The notes beneath the pieces were generated by a model, which was not told the origin of the DNA, did no database searches, and saw nothing but the letters and a program-made list of their open reading frames with translations. Source: Laetmonice hystrix (lineage: Eukaryota). From it: a stretch of DNA of 64,000 bases. This document shows, piece by piece, positions 25,165 to 39,100 of this stretch (its first letter is position 1; each line of letters starts with the position of its first letter). A program made the position numbers and the translations under genes. The DNA is taken from NCBI GenBank assembly GCA_965235115.1, contig OZ249448.1:18166001-18230000 (forward strand), read 5' to 3'.

Positions 25165-25560
25165 GTGCGGCCCTCCAGCCTACTCCCCCCCAACGACTCC
25201 CACCCACCAGTATACTCATCCCCTACTCCCCGGGCCCCTCAGGTTCTGACTGTACAGTTCATGATTGTTGTCCCAGTTGACCTGAACGAATCCATTTACC
25301 ATCTACCCTGGAGTGAATCTGATCTGGTACCCGTGGGACGGACCGGGGCTATCGGATCCCCGGCTCGTGACGGACCCGGCGACAAGGGAGCCCTGGCTGC
25401 ACCATCACGCACCCTCCCGGGCTATACAAACCACTAATCTTATACCACCAACATCCCACTAATGGAAGCCCCACGCTCACGGCTGCCATGGCCGGGTTTG
25501 GTGTTTGTTTGATATACCACCTCCATATAAACCATGGCATAATATGCCAGTTTCACTTTT
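25165..25560 (+). mobile_element. Possible decayed DIRS/Ngaro-like tyrosine recombinase fragment
   Basis: Across frameshifts the sequence reads SESDLVPVGRTG, then YTNH, then TLTAAMAGFGVCLIYHL. These resemble the YR motifs SKTD..V.VG.TG, YTGHSF and AATTAA.AG...LI..L. Spacing is imperfect. Confidence 0.22.
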
Positions 25561-26030
25561 CTTAAATTCAGTTTTCTAATATTGTCATTGACCATCATAA
25601 ACGGGCATTGACACAAATGCGTGCAGGTGGAAAGGGTGCAGTTAATAATCCTTCGAAACCAGTCCGCTTTACCAGAACCTTTGTGGGCAGAGTTGTGTCC
25701 TTGAGGGACCCCATTAAAGGCTTAGCAACATCACACATTTAGTTGGCATCAGTTAACAAGCTTGTCGAAAACTGATCCGTAGTAATAACCAGGATGGCGT
25801 ACTGCCATGATGGTCATGATAGCCCGGGGTTTACATTAATAACACGGCTTGCATGATCAGCCTGGGTGGATGGTTTCTGGACAGAGATAGACGAGCATGC
25901 ATTTCTTACCTCTCCATGTTAGCAAATCCATTCCGGTTTGTCCAGATGCAAGGTATTCTTTACATTTAGCATATTCCTTACCAAATGTGTACAATTTACA
26001 CTGGAGCGCAAGGTTACATTAATAATACCT

Positions 26031-27075
26031 TAATACCTTACCCTCACAATGAAATGGGTGCCTCCTCCACTCTCTCATACCGTCCGACTTGTAGTCGTTA
26101 TCTCAGATCGTTTCTCTTGGTAGTCTTTAATACCTTACCCTCACAATGAAATGGGTGCCTCCTCCACTCTCTCCTACCGTCCGACTTGTAGATCTCAGAT
26201 CGTTTCTCTAGGTAGTCTTTAATACCTTACCCTCACAATGAAATGGGTGCCTCCTCCACTCTCTCCTACCGTCCGACTTGTAGATCTCAGATCGTTTCTC
26301 TAGGTAGTCTTTAATACCTTACCCTCACAATGAAATGGGTGTCTACTCCACTCTCTCATACCGTCCGACTTGTAGTCGTTATCTCAGATCGTTTCTCTAG
26401 GTAGTCTTTAATACCTTACCCTCACAATGAAATGGGTGCCTCCTCCACTCTCTCATACCGTCCGACTTGTAGTCGTTATCTCAGATCGTTTCTCTAGGTA
26501 GTCTTTAATACCTTACCCTCACAATGAAATGGGTGCATCCTCCACTCTCTCCTACCGTCTGACTTGTAGTCGTTATCTCAGATCGTTTCTCTAGGTAGTC
26601 TTTAATACCTTACCCTCACAATGAAATGGGTGCCTCCTCCACTCTCTCCTACCGTCCGACTTGTAGTCGTTATCTCAGATCGTTTCTCTAGGTAGTCTTT
26701 AATACCTTACCCTCACAATGAAATGGGTGCCTCCTTCACTCCTACCGTCCGACTTGTAGTCGTTATCTCAGATCGTTTCTCTAGGTAGTCTTTAATACCT
26801 TACCCTCACAATGAAATGGGTGCCTCCTCCACTCTCTCCTACCGCCCGACTTGTAGTCGTTATCTCAGATCGTTTCTCTAGGTAGTCTTTAATACCTTAC
26901 CCTCACAATGAAATGGGTGCCTCCTTCACTCCTACCGTCCGACTTGTAGTCGTTATCTCAGATCGTTTCTCTAGGTAGTCTTTAATACCTTACCCTCACA
27001 ATGAAATGGGTGCCTCCTTCACTCTCTTATACCGTCCGACTTGTAGTCGTTATCTCAGATCGTTTCTCTAGGTAG
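26031..27075. repeat. 97-bp minisatellite, 11 copies with 92- and 93-bp deletion variants
   Basis: CCCTCACAAT recurs at 26041, 26138, 26230, 26322, 26419 and onward. Units 2-3 lack TCGTT, and two later units have a shortened CT tract. Confidence 0.97.
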
Positions 27076-30000
27076 GCCAGTGTACCGATCGCTTTGTTCA
27101 TGACTGCCCGGGTATCATGATGAACTTATCAATGACAGCAACTCATCTAGTATGTCGGAAACGGCAGGGTGAGATATTAGGTTTCCTATGAGCAACCAAG
27201 GCACTTAAATAAAAGAAAATTACGTTTCTTGGAGAATCTCACAATACAATGTGTTTGGATACTTGTATCCGTGTATAGGCTACCTCATGAATGCGTAAAA
27301 AGTAAATTCATTCATATATTATTAGTGATCCCATGTCTGATAAGGTAATACGGAAATATAGGCCGACCTACCTTTATGTCCCGTATCCCGTGAGAAATGT
27401 GTTACATGTTTATTTACATCACATGAACTCTGCACGCTGATTATTACGTCATAGTGGTCGGGGCCTCAAAATGAGGCTGCCAGGTGATACGTCAAACATG
27501 TACAGGAAATATCCGCGCTGAGACTTTCAAGCCTGGATCAACCCCATAGAGCTTTTTATTTTATGGCTGCCGCACTTTCCTTGTCCTGATTGGTCAGTTC
27601 CCTGTCACGTGCTTCGCGTCGTGCAATATCAGTTGCCATCGTGCCATAAATTTTCATATTGCACTCAACCAAGTGCCATATTTGTATAATATTGAGAAAG
27701 AATGGACCAATCACGTTCCAGTATTCCGTTTAACCAAAATAATAAATAACAGACTTTGATCCATGTCAGAACCGCTATACTCAGATTGTCGTATTAAAGT
27801 CTGTAACTCTGACGTGAGTATATAACCCACCAGCGCAGCCTGCATGGTCCTGAAATATTAGTGAGCGAGGTAGAGAAATACTAAAGACATCTACCAGACG
27901 CTATCATTTATTCATGGTGTGTTATATCGAATGAACGGGTACGAATAGAAGCCAATCACGAGTATGCCGCCATTCTCGGCACCGACGTATTCAAGTAACC
28001 ACAAGAGACACTATATACCAATCCTTACCGTCTCAATTTATACCATCTCTCGTATATCAGCAACGGTATACACCAGCTGTACACAGCACTTCCAGCAGGA
28101 CATATATTTCTATCCCAATGGCCCTCTTACGACGTATACTGTCGGCGCAGAGCGAGGCAGCTGTTTTGTCACTGAACATTTTATGGATGGATCTCGGATG
28201 CTAACAGGATGGAACCCATATTGGGTCCAGCGAACAGGAGGGTCGGGTTTCCCTGTAGTAACCTTATCAATCGGCTGAGTCTGCGTGACCTATTCACGTG
28301 CATTCCGGTGTTTGTCAGCAGTACAGCCACCCACACACCTGAGTTTGGGGCTTGGTGGCCGGAGGCGAAAGGCGTACGGTGAGGGTCATCCAGAAAACTG
28401 CTTCATTGTACATGTTGGCGGGAAATAGGCGTTGTTAGCCAGAGGTGTATATCATCAAGGGCGTATATAGCATACAGAGGTCATTTTACAACTGGATGTG
28501 TTGTCCGGTCTGCAGTCATTAATACATTTATTACACAAATTTAGAATTTAGATGCATATCTAATTAATCGATGATCAGTTAAATTGCCCGTAAATAGAAG
28601 TCCTGTCTTAAGGAGTAATCAATAGTGACGATATTGTCAGAGTGCTGAAGCTTGGTGCTAGGGATAGTTCGTCTGTTTCTTGATTTTGTATCGCAAAAAC
28701 ATTATCTTTATGATTGCTGTAAGTTTGTTTGATTTTAACCTTGAAAAGATATATATGTGGAAGTGGATGGTGTGATAGAGGGGATTCGCCTGAACGGGCC
28801 TTCAAACGAGCAGTAGATCTCAACTACATCATTCATGCCCTTTTAAGGTGACGTTATAACATCTGGGATTCACTGTCTACGTGGTCATCACATCATGAAA
28901 CATGGCATAGGCCTACATAGGCGATGTTTAAAACATTATAATTTAACCTTGGTCACCAGGCTATAAGGGTACCCTTTCTCTCTACCGTCTGTTACGATAG
29001 GAAAGTGGCATTCTCCAGTGATGAGATCAGTAAGTGTAGAATCACACACGCCTGCATTGTGCTCTACGCACGCACGCATGCGCTGTCAGAGCTGATCATA
29101 TTAGGATAAAGTCTCGCTATTCCTGGTGCACGAATCCCTCCTCGTGGCGGTATTCTGCTTGGGTCAGCAAAAACAAAATGTTGACAGCGTTCAGCTTTTA
29201 TGGTCTGCACTGCTCGCGCTCACCCGTCAGGAGTGCGCCTGCGTGTGTGCGTGTGTAGGGGTGTGCGGGAGACGGGGAGGGAAGAGGTAGGGGAAGGGGA
29301 AGGAAGACATACACACAATCGTTGTAGTCACTAAGATATAAGGAGAGGGAATGAGTCGGAGAGAGTATAGGAGAGAGCCTCGCTGGTTTCTGGCAGGCCG
29401 CCACAGCCGTCGTCTGCTCAGTTTTAGTGAACCCATCAGTGAAGCCATCTCCTTGACGCGACGACAGTCGTCATGGCTACGCCGTTAACTACCGTTACGT
29501 ACCGACTGGTGCGCTTCGGAAGACGAATATTCCTCCCTGACTCGGCTATCTTCGGATCTGGTCGTACGTGTCGTCATGGACACGTCGTCTCATCCAGCCT
29601 CGCTCTGGCAGTCGCTGACGACTTGCAGTCGGTTCCGATTTGGATGGGATTGCGTCAGTGAGGACCTGCCTTGGCGCACCATCAAGTCACCACAGCGCTG
29701 TGTACCATATGGGTATAGATTTCACTTATAGGTCATGTCTTCCCTTGACTCAATACGGCTGCCAAACAGAATCACCCTAACCTCACTCTACGAACCCAAG
29801 CACCCAACGGCCTCGTGTATTCACAGACTGTGGCTCTCTGTGGCGAGCCATTCAGCACACCCAGCCTCTTCTTACTCCCATAAATAGACACTTAAACTCA
29901 ACGAAGAAGAGAACATGCGATGAAGTTGAGGACCATGGCACTTTTTGTATATTGGTGATGCAGTAGTCCTAATTGTAATAATGACACTGCGTCACATAAA

Positions 30001-30669
30001 AACGGGAATGGAAAGAACGGTAGTATAATAGTAGAAAGATTTGATGAATTTGAGGACGAATAAGGAGAAGTAGAAATAGTGCAAGAAAATGAAGAAATGA
30101 AAGGACAATCGCCGATTAAGAAAGGGGGAGTTGATAAGGATATATGTAGCACTTAAGCTTTAACAAACGATGGTAACATGCCTTGGTGGTGGATAGCATC
30201 TAATTGGTCATCGGCGCTCGTTACCTAGGCGGTTTTTTATTGATAGAGGGGGGCCATAATGTATGTCGGCTTACATTTATAGCCTCGTTGTCGAAGGCTA
30301 TGGCGCTTGGTTTGTAGAATCATATCGCATTCCTGCGATACAATTAGTTCCTGGTAATTAAGACCATAAGCCACGCTCGCAAGCTAATTGCTACCGCGGC
30401 TGGGGCGATCGGCATTGCCTTACGTCGACATCCATCACATCTCGTAATTAGCCGAACGCCGTTCCGTTTTCCGCCGTAGCTGATTCGCTCGTTGAGACTG
30501 GCCGTCCTTACAGGCTTTGGCATGCATATATTTTACCCCTTTCAGTCTGGCAAAACAAGCTTGCGAAATAAAACGACACTGCCATGCAGTAAGCAAAATA
30601 CTCTGGCTGATCGTAAGTAATAAGGCTCTCTATTGGATTGTAAACAAGAACTCCAAGCGGGCTGACAGA

Positions 30670-30758
30670 TGCCAATACCCACAGGAAGGTTGTCGTTTAG
30701 AGTTCCGGTCTCAGTTAAAAGGGGGTTGAAGGAGCATGAAGAGAAGGAATTAGAACAT
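30670..30758 (+). pseudogene. Frameshifted C2H2-like zinc-finger remnant (probably TE-derived)
   Basis: Joining ORFs 30517-30729 and 30669-30950 across the A4G5 run gives CQYPQEGCRLEFRSQLK/GLKEHEEKELEH, i.e. C-x6-C-x3-F-x~6-L-x2-H-x6-H. Confidence 0.3.
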
Positions 30759-32023
30759 CCGGAAATGGAAAGGCAAGCGGACGTTGGATATCGTGATATG
30801 TCACGTTTTCCCCGTCCAGGTCGAATATTCCATGGCGTAACGTCAGACGGCATTTGTTTGAGAAATGACGGCACTTTCTCTCACGTGCTAAGGCACAGGA
30901 AAATCGTTTGTCGATTGAATTGGTATTTGGTTCCAGGTCACAAGTCATGAAGAATATAGACGGAAATGAATATAAAAGATTCTGAAACACAAGAAGGATG
31001 GTAGGTATATAGGAACAGTATCTACTGCACTCTACGTCTGTCTACCGGTCGTTTTACCATGCTTGGCGGAAAGACTTTTATTATCGTGATAAAGGAATCA
31101 AATGCACCATTACTCCAGGCTTTCCGAACAATTAAAGACGCTCTGACGTTATAATTGGCTGTGTAGTGAGAATTGCGTTATAATTATCTCCACTTATCAC
31201 ACGTATATCACTGTGCATGTCGTGTCACTCGGGAATAACCGGGCCAGAGCGCCACCTACCTTCATCAGATCGAACTACCGAGAGACGTGGCCTCTCGTCA
31301 GCGCTGACCTTAAAAGGCAATTTGACTTTGCCTTTTGTGGCGTCGGTGAAATCAGGAAGCCAACTGTAAGAATCGTCCGTTAATTCCCGCCCGAGAAAGG
31401 TCTATCTGTTACAAAGGAGAACTGGGGAAATCTAAGCAGAATACGTCTGACCAGATAACGGTGTCCATAGGTTGAGACCTGTTTCGAAGCAATGGTAAAA
31501 TCGTTGATACTGGAGGGCAGGTCTTTCCATCGATTGTATCATGAAAACCGATTTGTCCGTGTTGTTAAGAGATTTGTGAGGCTCGTCTTAAGTGATGGTG
31601 CTAGTGATAACATTCAGTGGCGCTAGAGGGACTCGAGCTGTACTATGGTCGTCTTGTAAAATAATCGGTCGAAAATGGCTGATAGCGGAGTAACGATCAA
31701 CAATTTGTATCGGATGGCCTTGTACGATGGATGGCATCAGATTGGGGCACCCGAGTGGCTTCAGGCATAATGATACAATCACCAGATCCATTACTACTGA
31801 TCTTTAATAATTGTCATGGATTTATGATACTGCGGACATTCACTGGTCTTAGGGCAACCCCGACTCTTACTTCTCATTCCAGTCTTACACCTACTACCAT
31901 TTCTGATTCCATCACTAGAACTATAATATCACTGTATAATATTGATGTGTTACTACTTCTACTGTTTCTATCACTAATACTACCCGCTGTTTCTGCCCCT
32001 ATTATTAATTATAATACTACGTT

Positions 32024-32024
<1 letters not shown>

Positions 32025-32060
<36 letters not shown>
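32025..32060. repeat. (ACT)12 microsatellite
   Basis: Directly visible. Confidence 0.95.
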
Positions 32061-32062
<2 letters not shown>

Positions 32063-32650
32063 GTGATATTCAGAGTATCGGTAGCTGTCTTTCCTACGTT
32101 ACCGACGCCCTTCATGTGAGGGTTTATCTAACTGTGTTCATACGTTCGGTGTGTTAGTAACAGACATCTGCTACTGCGGCTGCAAGTACTTAGAGTAGGC
32201 CTAGTGGTGCTGACACACCAGGCGCCGACAGTCGGTCCTTCTCCTCCCTTATGTCAGACTCCCCACCGTGGTCATCGAACGAGTAATGACGGTCAATAAT
32301 TCTAATAGATATGGATTGGTCACACGCTGGGCCAGGGATTGCCTACTCTATCAACCTGACCGCGTCTTGTCGTGTTAGAGATAGCATCCTGTCACGTCAA
32401 TACATTAAAATATCCCAGCCTCACGCTTATCGAAACATGTGCCAGAGTTCTACAGCTCTGATCCAACCTGAATCATTGTGGTTAACAAATGGAGTAGGGT
32501 CAATTATATCTGTGTGTCTCTCTACCCGTGTCCAATTAGGAAACCTATGCCTATCGCAGAGATAGCCACATCACTAGTATTGAATTAAAATTTGATATAA
32601 TCTAAGAGCAGTTGACTGTTTCTCACTCGCACAGTGAGGTACATAGACTA

Positions 32651-33194
32651 CATATTATATAAATACCCCTCCATGATAACTGTATATAATGAGATACATA
32701 CATATTATATAAATACCCCTCCATGGTAACTGTATATAATGAGATACATACATATTATATAAATACCCCTCCATGGTAACTGTATATAATGAGATACATA
32801 CATATTATATAAATACCCCTCCATGATAACTGTATATAAGGAAATACATACATATTATATAAATACCCCTCCATGATAACTGTATATAATGAGATACATA
32901 CATATTATATAAATACCCCTCTATGATAACTGTATATAATGAGATACATACATATTATATAAATACCCCTCCATGATAACTGTATATAATGAGATACATA
33001 CATATTATATAAATACCCCTCTATGATAACTGTATATAATGAGATACATACATATTATATAAATACCCCTCCATGATAACTGTATATAATGAGATACATA
33101 CATATTATATAAATACCCCTCCATGATAACTGTATATAATGAGATACATACATATTATATAAATGTCCCTCCATGATAACTGTATATAATGAGA
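32651..33194. repeat. 50-bp AT-rich minisatellite, 11 copies
   Basis: The unit CATATTATATAAATACCCCTCCATGATAACTGTATATAATGAGATACATA repeats every 50 bp from 32651. Confidence 0.98.
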
Positions 33195-36100
33195 CGCTGA
33201 TGACACGTGCCTGAGAGATGAAAGGTTACGTGACAACCGTGGCGATGTGAACCATGGCTCACATAAAGAAAAATACATTTTAAAAAGATCCATAAAAATG
33301 CTTACCCGAATTAGATGGGCATGTCCTTGGCAACCGGGGTGATAGCTCTGTTTCTGTTCATGCTGCACCTGTATAAACGTAGTTTTTTTTCGGCTCATGA
33401 TAAATATTTCTGGTTTCGTTATTTGTGATGCGTGATATTTGGACGTTGTCATTGGGTTGGACAATCTGTAGACTGGTGGCTTTCATCGCTATAAGGAATA
33501 CCACTAAAAAAATTAATGTGTCATCGGTTAAGGTAGAACCATCTTAGGGCATATCAAATTTTAGATCTGGAATACCTGGATATTGGTTAGCATTAAGGCG
33601 GCTAGTAGAGAAGTACAGCTGGGGAAAACGCTGAGTGACACAGAAACGAGGAGCCGCCATCATTTGTGCAGGTTTTTATGTGGAAGCCTCTGCATCAAAC
33701 GGGGGCAGTGTATGGTTCAACCCGCTTACAGATCTACTAATATGTATTGTGTATGGATTAAGGTGGATTGCATATAGTAGGGCTCGAGCTTGTTTTTGCT
33801 GATTGAGACTTAGTCCTAGAACATAAAGCGTTGAATCTGTGTCAGTCCCAGCATATAACTCTGCTGAGTTCCAACGGTGCTATGAATCTGTGACGTCAAA
33901 CTCGCGAGGAGAGGGATGACAATCAGTCAGTATGGAGGAGAGATCGCATCAGGTGTTTGCGAGGTAGCCAAGAATGGAACGCATCAAAATCAGCGGTCTG
34001 TGCGTCTCATTGGCGCGCGTGACGCCCACAGGTGAATCCAGTGTCGTCTGCTACTGCTCATCAAATACAACCGCGCGTTTATTGATCGTATCACCCTCGC
34101 CTACCCGTCATGAAGCGTTCGCCTCCCCTCCCTCCTGGTCCAGTAACCTCACATTTCATCATATTCCTACCCCGACAGTATTTTCATCATCAACAATGAA
34201 GGTTGGGAAAATAAATGTGATTTCTGTCCTGGCGAGGATATTCTGAGTCGAGTGTAAGCACTTGGTACGACCCACGACGTGTGTGTGGCCGACCTAATTA
34301 TTCGGATGCATAAGCCATCGATTTCTTCAGCATTTATCCTCCTGACAAGAAGGACGACAGATGACATTATGGAGGAACCTAAAGACTAATACTCCCCCTA
34401 CCTCGATATATATATCTCCACCGTTGACGTACGGCTATACGTAGATCTATAGATGATGCAAATATAAAACTATAATTTGGTGAGAAGATGGTAGACATGT
34501 GTGTGGTGCAGAGGTAATGCGTAGACTCTCTACTCGTGACGATTGCACAGAAACACAAGATAAAGACGGGTCACCTCGCACACATGACAGGGTGAAAAAT
34601 ACCAACTGATTCACACCGGTTTGTCCGACCAGCTTACTTCACTTGTCGATATTTCAGTTCTCCATGCGTATTTTAGGAGACTGTCTTTCGTTGGTCATTC
34701 CTGGGTGGGGTGGGTCGGTGGGTGGGGGTCTTGTCGCTTACGTCAGAGAGTCTGCCTGTGTTGATTATAATAGCCGCGGCATATAGTGTAATACCGGGTG
34801 AGCTGTCTCAAGGCAGGTGATAAAGGTCGTTGTTCACACTGTAATGTTCTCAATGCCTGATGCTTGTTGTCACACAATGAACGTACAATCGGTGGTAAGG
34901 ACAATTTGTCTATTACTGAGAAAGTATCTCGAAATATATGATCAAGAATAAAATGGCGATGATGATCGCCATCTTTCTGGCACAAGTAAAACTTCTAAAT
35001 TGTAAAAAAAATATTCATTATAAATGTTATAAACGTCTCGCACGTGTGTATAATTCTAGTGTGGATAATCCTTTGCTTGAAGTCAAATCGTTTTACGTAT
35101 AGAGCCAGAATGAAAAATCAAATGCAAAATTAAATTTAAGATCTATTGTTAAGGAGCGAACGGCTTCACGAGCTTAATGACAAAACTATAAAACAGGTAT
35201 TTTAAAATGGGCGAATTATTACATCTTTAAATCTGGTGACTGGTGGTCGTAATAACTCACAGTTCAGTTTGTAAAAAGGGGCAGAGTGGCACGGCTGAAG
35301 TGTGTTTTGAAACGCACAAAATTCCCCCGCTTTCGTTGTCTTTCATCACTCACTTTGACTGAAGACCCTTCGTGCAAGTTATCAAATTTGATTCTGTATT
35401 TATATCGATTTTATCCATGGGCGGCCATGATATTCGACATACCGGACAGACTTATTGGCACACATCGGGCGGTCTATACGATCACATTGCACTCGGAAAT
35501 CTATCGTTGGTTGGTGGGGGCAAAATACCTCCGTCATCCTGATGGACTCTTGGAGAGCTTCGGTAGGGAGGTCAGAGAACGAGCGATATTTCATGAGCCG
35601 ACTCAAGCAGGCGGTATCGGGTTTGATATATTGCTGCCCTATTTCACTTTACTGGACATTCAAGGCACCCAAATCACAGTTCAGATCATTTGTAGTAATA
35701 TCAGCGGTTTCTAGAGGATTCAATAGAAAACAACAACAACAGACGATATTAATATAGAGCTCGGTGCAACACGGAGAATAGAAACGTGAGCAATGATTGA
35801 AAATTTTATGTGAAACTATTGGAGGTTTCCACAGTTAATTAGTGTGTTAATTAAAGGTTGAGCCGAGACGGCAGTCGGACCAATCGGAACGGTATGAGAA
35901 AGGATCTATTTATATCCTTGTTTCATGTCATTATGCCGCGATAAGAGGTCAAGAGATGAAAACGAGGTCCCAAGTAACGTGTATACGGTTGAATGCGATA
36001 TTTGATTGGCAAACTGAATTATTGTATCCTTTGGCTAACCTTCACCACAATGTGTACCTTGTGGCCTGCACGCATACTCCGACTGCTTCCGTCTCTGACA

Positions 36101-39100
36101 ACACGCCATTTGGTCATTGTGCGTGAGACTACGTGTTTGTGTGAGAAAGGAGGGGGGGGGGGGTCGACCAGGAAGGGATTTCACGAATACTCGTCATTAA
36201 CGTTCGCGAACAATCTGTCGGGGAGGGGATGGACATGAGAGAATTTGTGATCTTGGAAAGGAAAGATAAAGGACGGTATTGGTATGTACAAAAAGAGAGA
36301 GGGGAAGCGAGAGATTTCCGTCCAGAAGGCGGCACGGCCCTTTGTGTAGCGTCTTGGAAGTGAGACGTTGACCAAGTCAGTTTTACTGGGGCAGACCCTT
36401 TCAACTCAATAAAGGTCAGATAACATATGTCAACTCTTTATATCTTTACCTTACTGTGTGGTCAAGGACATACCGTTAACCATAGATGACAGCATTAGTG
36501 AGAGACGGGGAAAGGGCCTGGAAGAGGAGGAGGAGGAGGCGGAGGAAATTCAAGAATGTGATGGTTGGAAAAGACTGCATCGTGTAGATAAAAAAGGTTT
36601 TACGCCTTGCGGAAGGATGTCAAATTTAAATATTTACAGTTGGAACACGTGACGTTATTAAATCATCAGGAACGCCTTGGAAATTAGTTCTGCGTCCTAG
36701 GATCGCCCTTCAGATAATCGATTAATAAAAACATCCCTCCATCTTTCAACACCTCAAACAAGATTAACCCGACTGGTGTGAAAACCAGGCTCATCACTTC
36801 CGGGTATTGTTTCCGCCAGACAATTCCCCAAACCAGAGTCTTTCCGGATATCTTTCATCTCCATTGCAGGTGCCCCAGGCACATCGTAACACCATTTTTG
36901 TTTTTGTTAACAAAAGTAGGCTAGATAATTTAAATTAAACTGATAACGTAGGCCTATAGGCCGCTCAGCACCTAGGCTAGGGTAGGCCTAACGTTAGCGG
37001 AAATGTCCCACAAACAAGGTTTGTGGGACATGTCCCTGACGTCACATTGTGCGGTTGCCACGTAGACAATGGCGTAACCTGATTGGTCAATTGCATACGT
37101 TTGATTTTCAGGTCGAACTATGCATTCCCAAAACCAGGGGAGTAATACATCGTTATAGACCTATACCTGGAGTGCCATATATAGTTAAGTATACGTTTAA
37201 TGATTAGTAGATTCATTCAAAATACTAGTAGGCCCTACGTCAGAGTTGAAAGGTTACGAGATGAAGTGACCACGGTTGATGTGAGTAACTGAGGACAGTC
37301 GGTAAACATACGTCTGTCATGCGAGGAAACCGGCCTAATCCATACCTTTATATGACACTGACTGTAAGGCACACAATGCCATTTACACGTAGAGCCCCGC
37401 AAACAGGACACACTGCGCGCTCCAGACTGCGCGCGCATACAGCTTTAAAACGAGGCTGACGCCCAAGGAGTCACGAGGTAGATTGAGGACAGCTTGTTTG
37501 CAGTGACCGTATAACGTAAGCACAAGTCGGCACATGAATCAACAGAAGGCTTTTAGACGGAAGTAGATGGCGGAGTGGAAGCATATGAATTAAAGACATC
37601 ACGCCCCTGATGCCATTACCGTCATAAATGATATTTACCGGACGGCTCTCAGACCAGAAGGATCCTCATAGCGATAGATCCACGAAATTTGATGGGAGAG
37701 TAAAGTCTATCCTACTCCTAGCCCTGAAGCTAACCTTAACCCCTACCGACGGCCCGTAGACCTCCAAAACATGTAAGCGATGACCTTGGCCCTTGTCCTG
37801 ACACCCTAAGTCCCCAATTTTGATGTGATTTTACCATGGGGGAATGCCCCCCAGGCCAGGTGGTTCCCATGGTCACGTGTCTCGACTGGAGCGAAAGTGT
37901 CACCTGGAAGCTCATCATGGCCGTTTAACGAGGGATACTTTATAGCGAGCATTTAGTTATATCAATATTGGCTGAAGATGAATGGCAATCGGGCAACCAT
38001 TCTCTAGTCAGATTGAAACCCAAAGAAACCATGCACAGACCCAATTTCATTGACCTTTTCTACACCTCAAAATTTTAACCGTCCACGAAATCTTCTATAT
38101 TACATTAAGTTTCCAGAGCTACTTTTCTATGCGATGTAAAATTCACAGAATGATACAATGAACAAACAATGTGATCCATCCAGTGTCTATTTCTTCATGA
38201 ATTCGATTGGAAAAGACGGGGTTAGGGCTAGAGGCAGTCGGCCATAGAAAGGTTCGGTTAAAATTATGTTGGATGCTTACCGACTTCTGGCCATCTGCTC
38301 TCGACGACGATTTGCTGATACTTCATATCGTGGCAGATATTTTCCAGTCGGGATCAAGCAGGAGATTATATCAGAAATCAAGAAGAAATTTTTAATTATG
38401 AGGGAATATTATACTGCTTAAATATGTAGATGTATGCTTCTATTGTTAGTGCTCTCGATGGACATTGAATTTGCCACCCCTTACATGATAAATTATATAA
38501 TTATATTACCCGTATCAACGTCTTGTTGAAAGAATGTTGCTACATAGGGGGAATTGAGATCGATGACGACAGTCACAAATGGTATAATTTTATTACACAT
38601 ATCACTGTGTTATTTACCGCATGTCGCTACATCTATTGTAGGAATTACCGACGGTGAAGTCAGCCGATGGCCCACGGCAAGCCGGGTAGGAATCGGGTGG
38701 GCGCGTCCATGAATGTACGCAACACAGAGTGTGCCTCCCTCATCTCGTAACACTGCACAGCCTGAGGTAAGCCTTTGACAGCTGAGCTGCTTTATTCGCC
38801 GCCCCAATATCCTGTCATGTATCAGCGAGGCCCGGGCTGAGTCTGTCCGATATCCTCATGTTCTTTATTATGCCCTGTATATCTGATACTTGTACGTGTA
38901 AGCTTGGCTCCGCGAACATCTGCTCTAGACCGGGCATGAATACTAGCAGGTCATTATCTGCCAGTTCGTGTACGTGGTAAATTTAGCGTATTTCTCCGAG
39001 TCTATTGTTTACATTACGTTTGAATTTGACCACGAGTGTTTTGTATTGTGACTTTCACTGAATTATGGGGAAAAATAATCGGTGAGTATCGAGAAACTTC

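Noticed and set aside
30669-30950. RIFHGVTSDG resembling a PARP catalytic HG motif
   Set aside because: The downstream G.Y/E motifs are absent.
35286-35714. 142-aa ORF with AIFHEPTQAGGIG, like the R2/RTE post-RT motif (H.P...GGLG)
   Set aside because: One short motif with no adjacent RT motifs is insufficient without a profile search.
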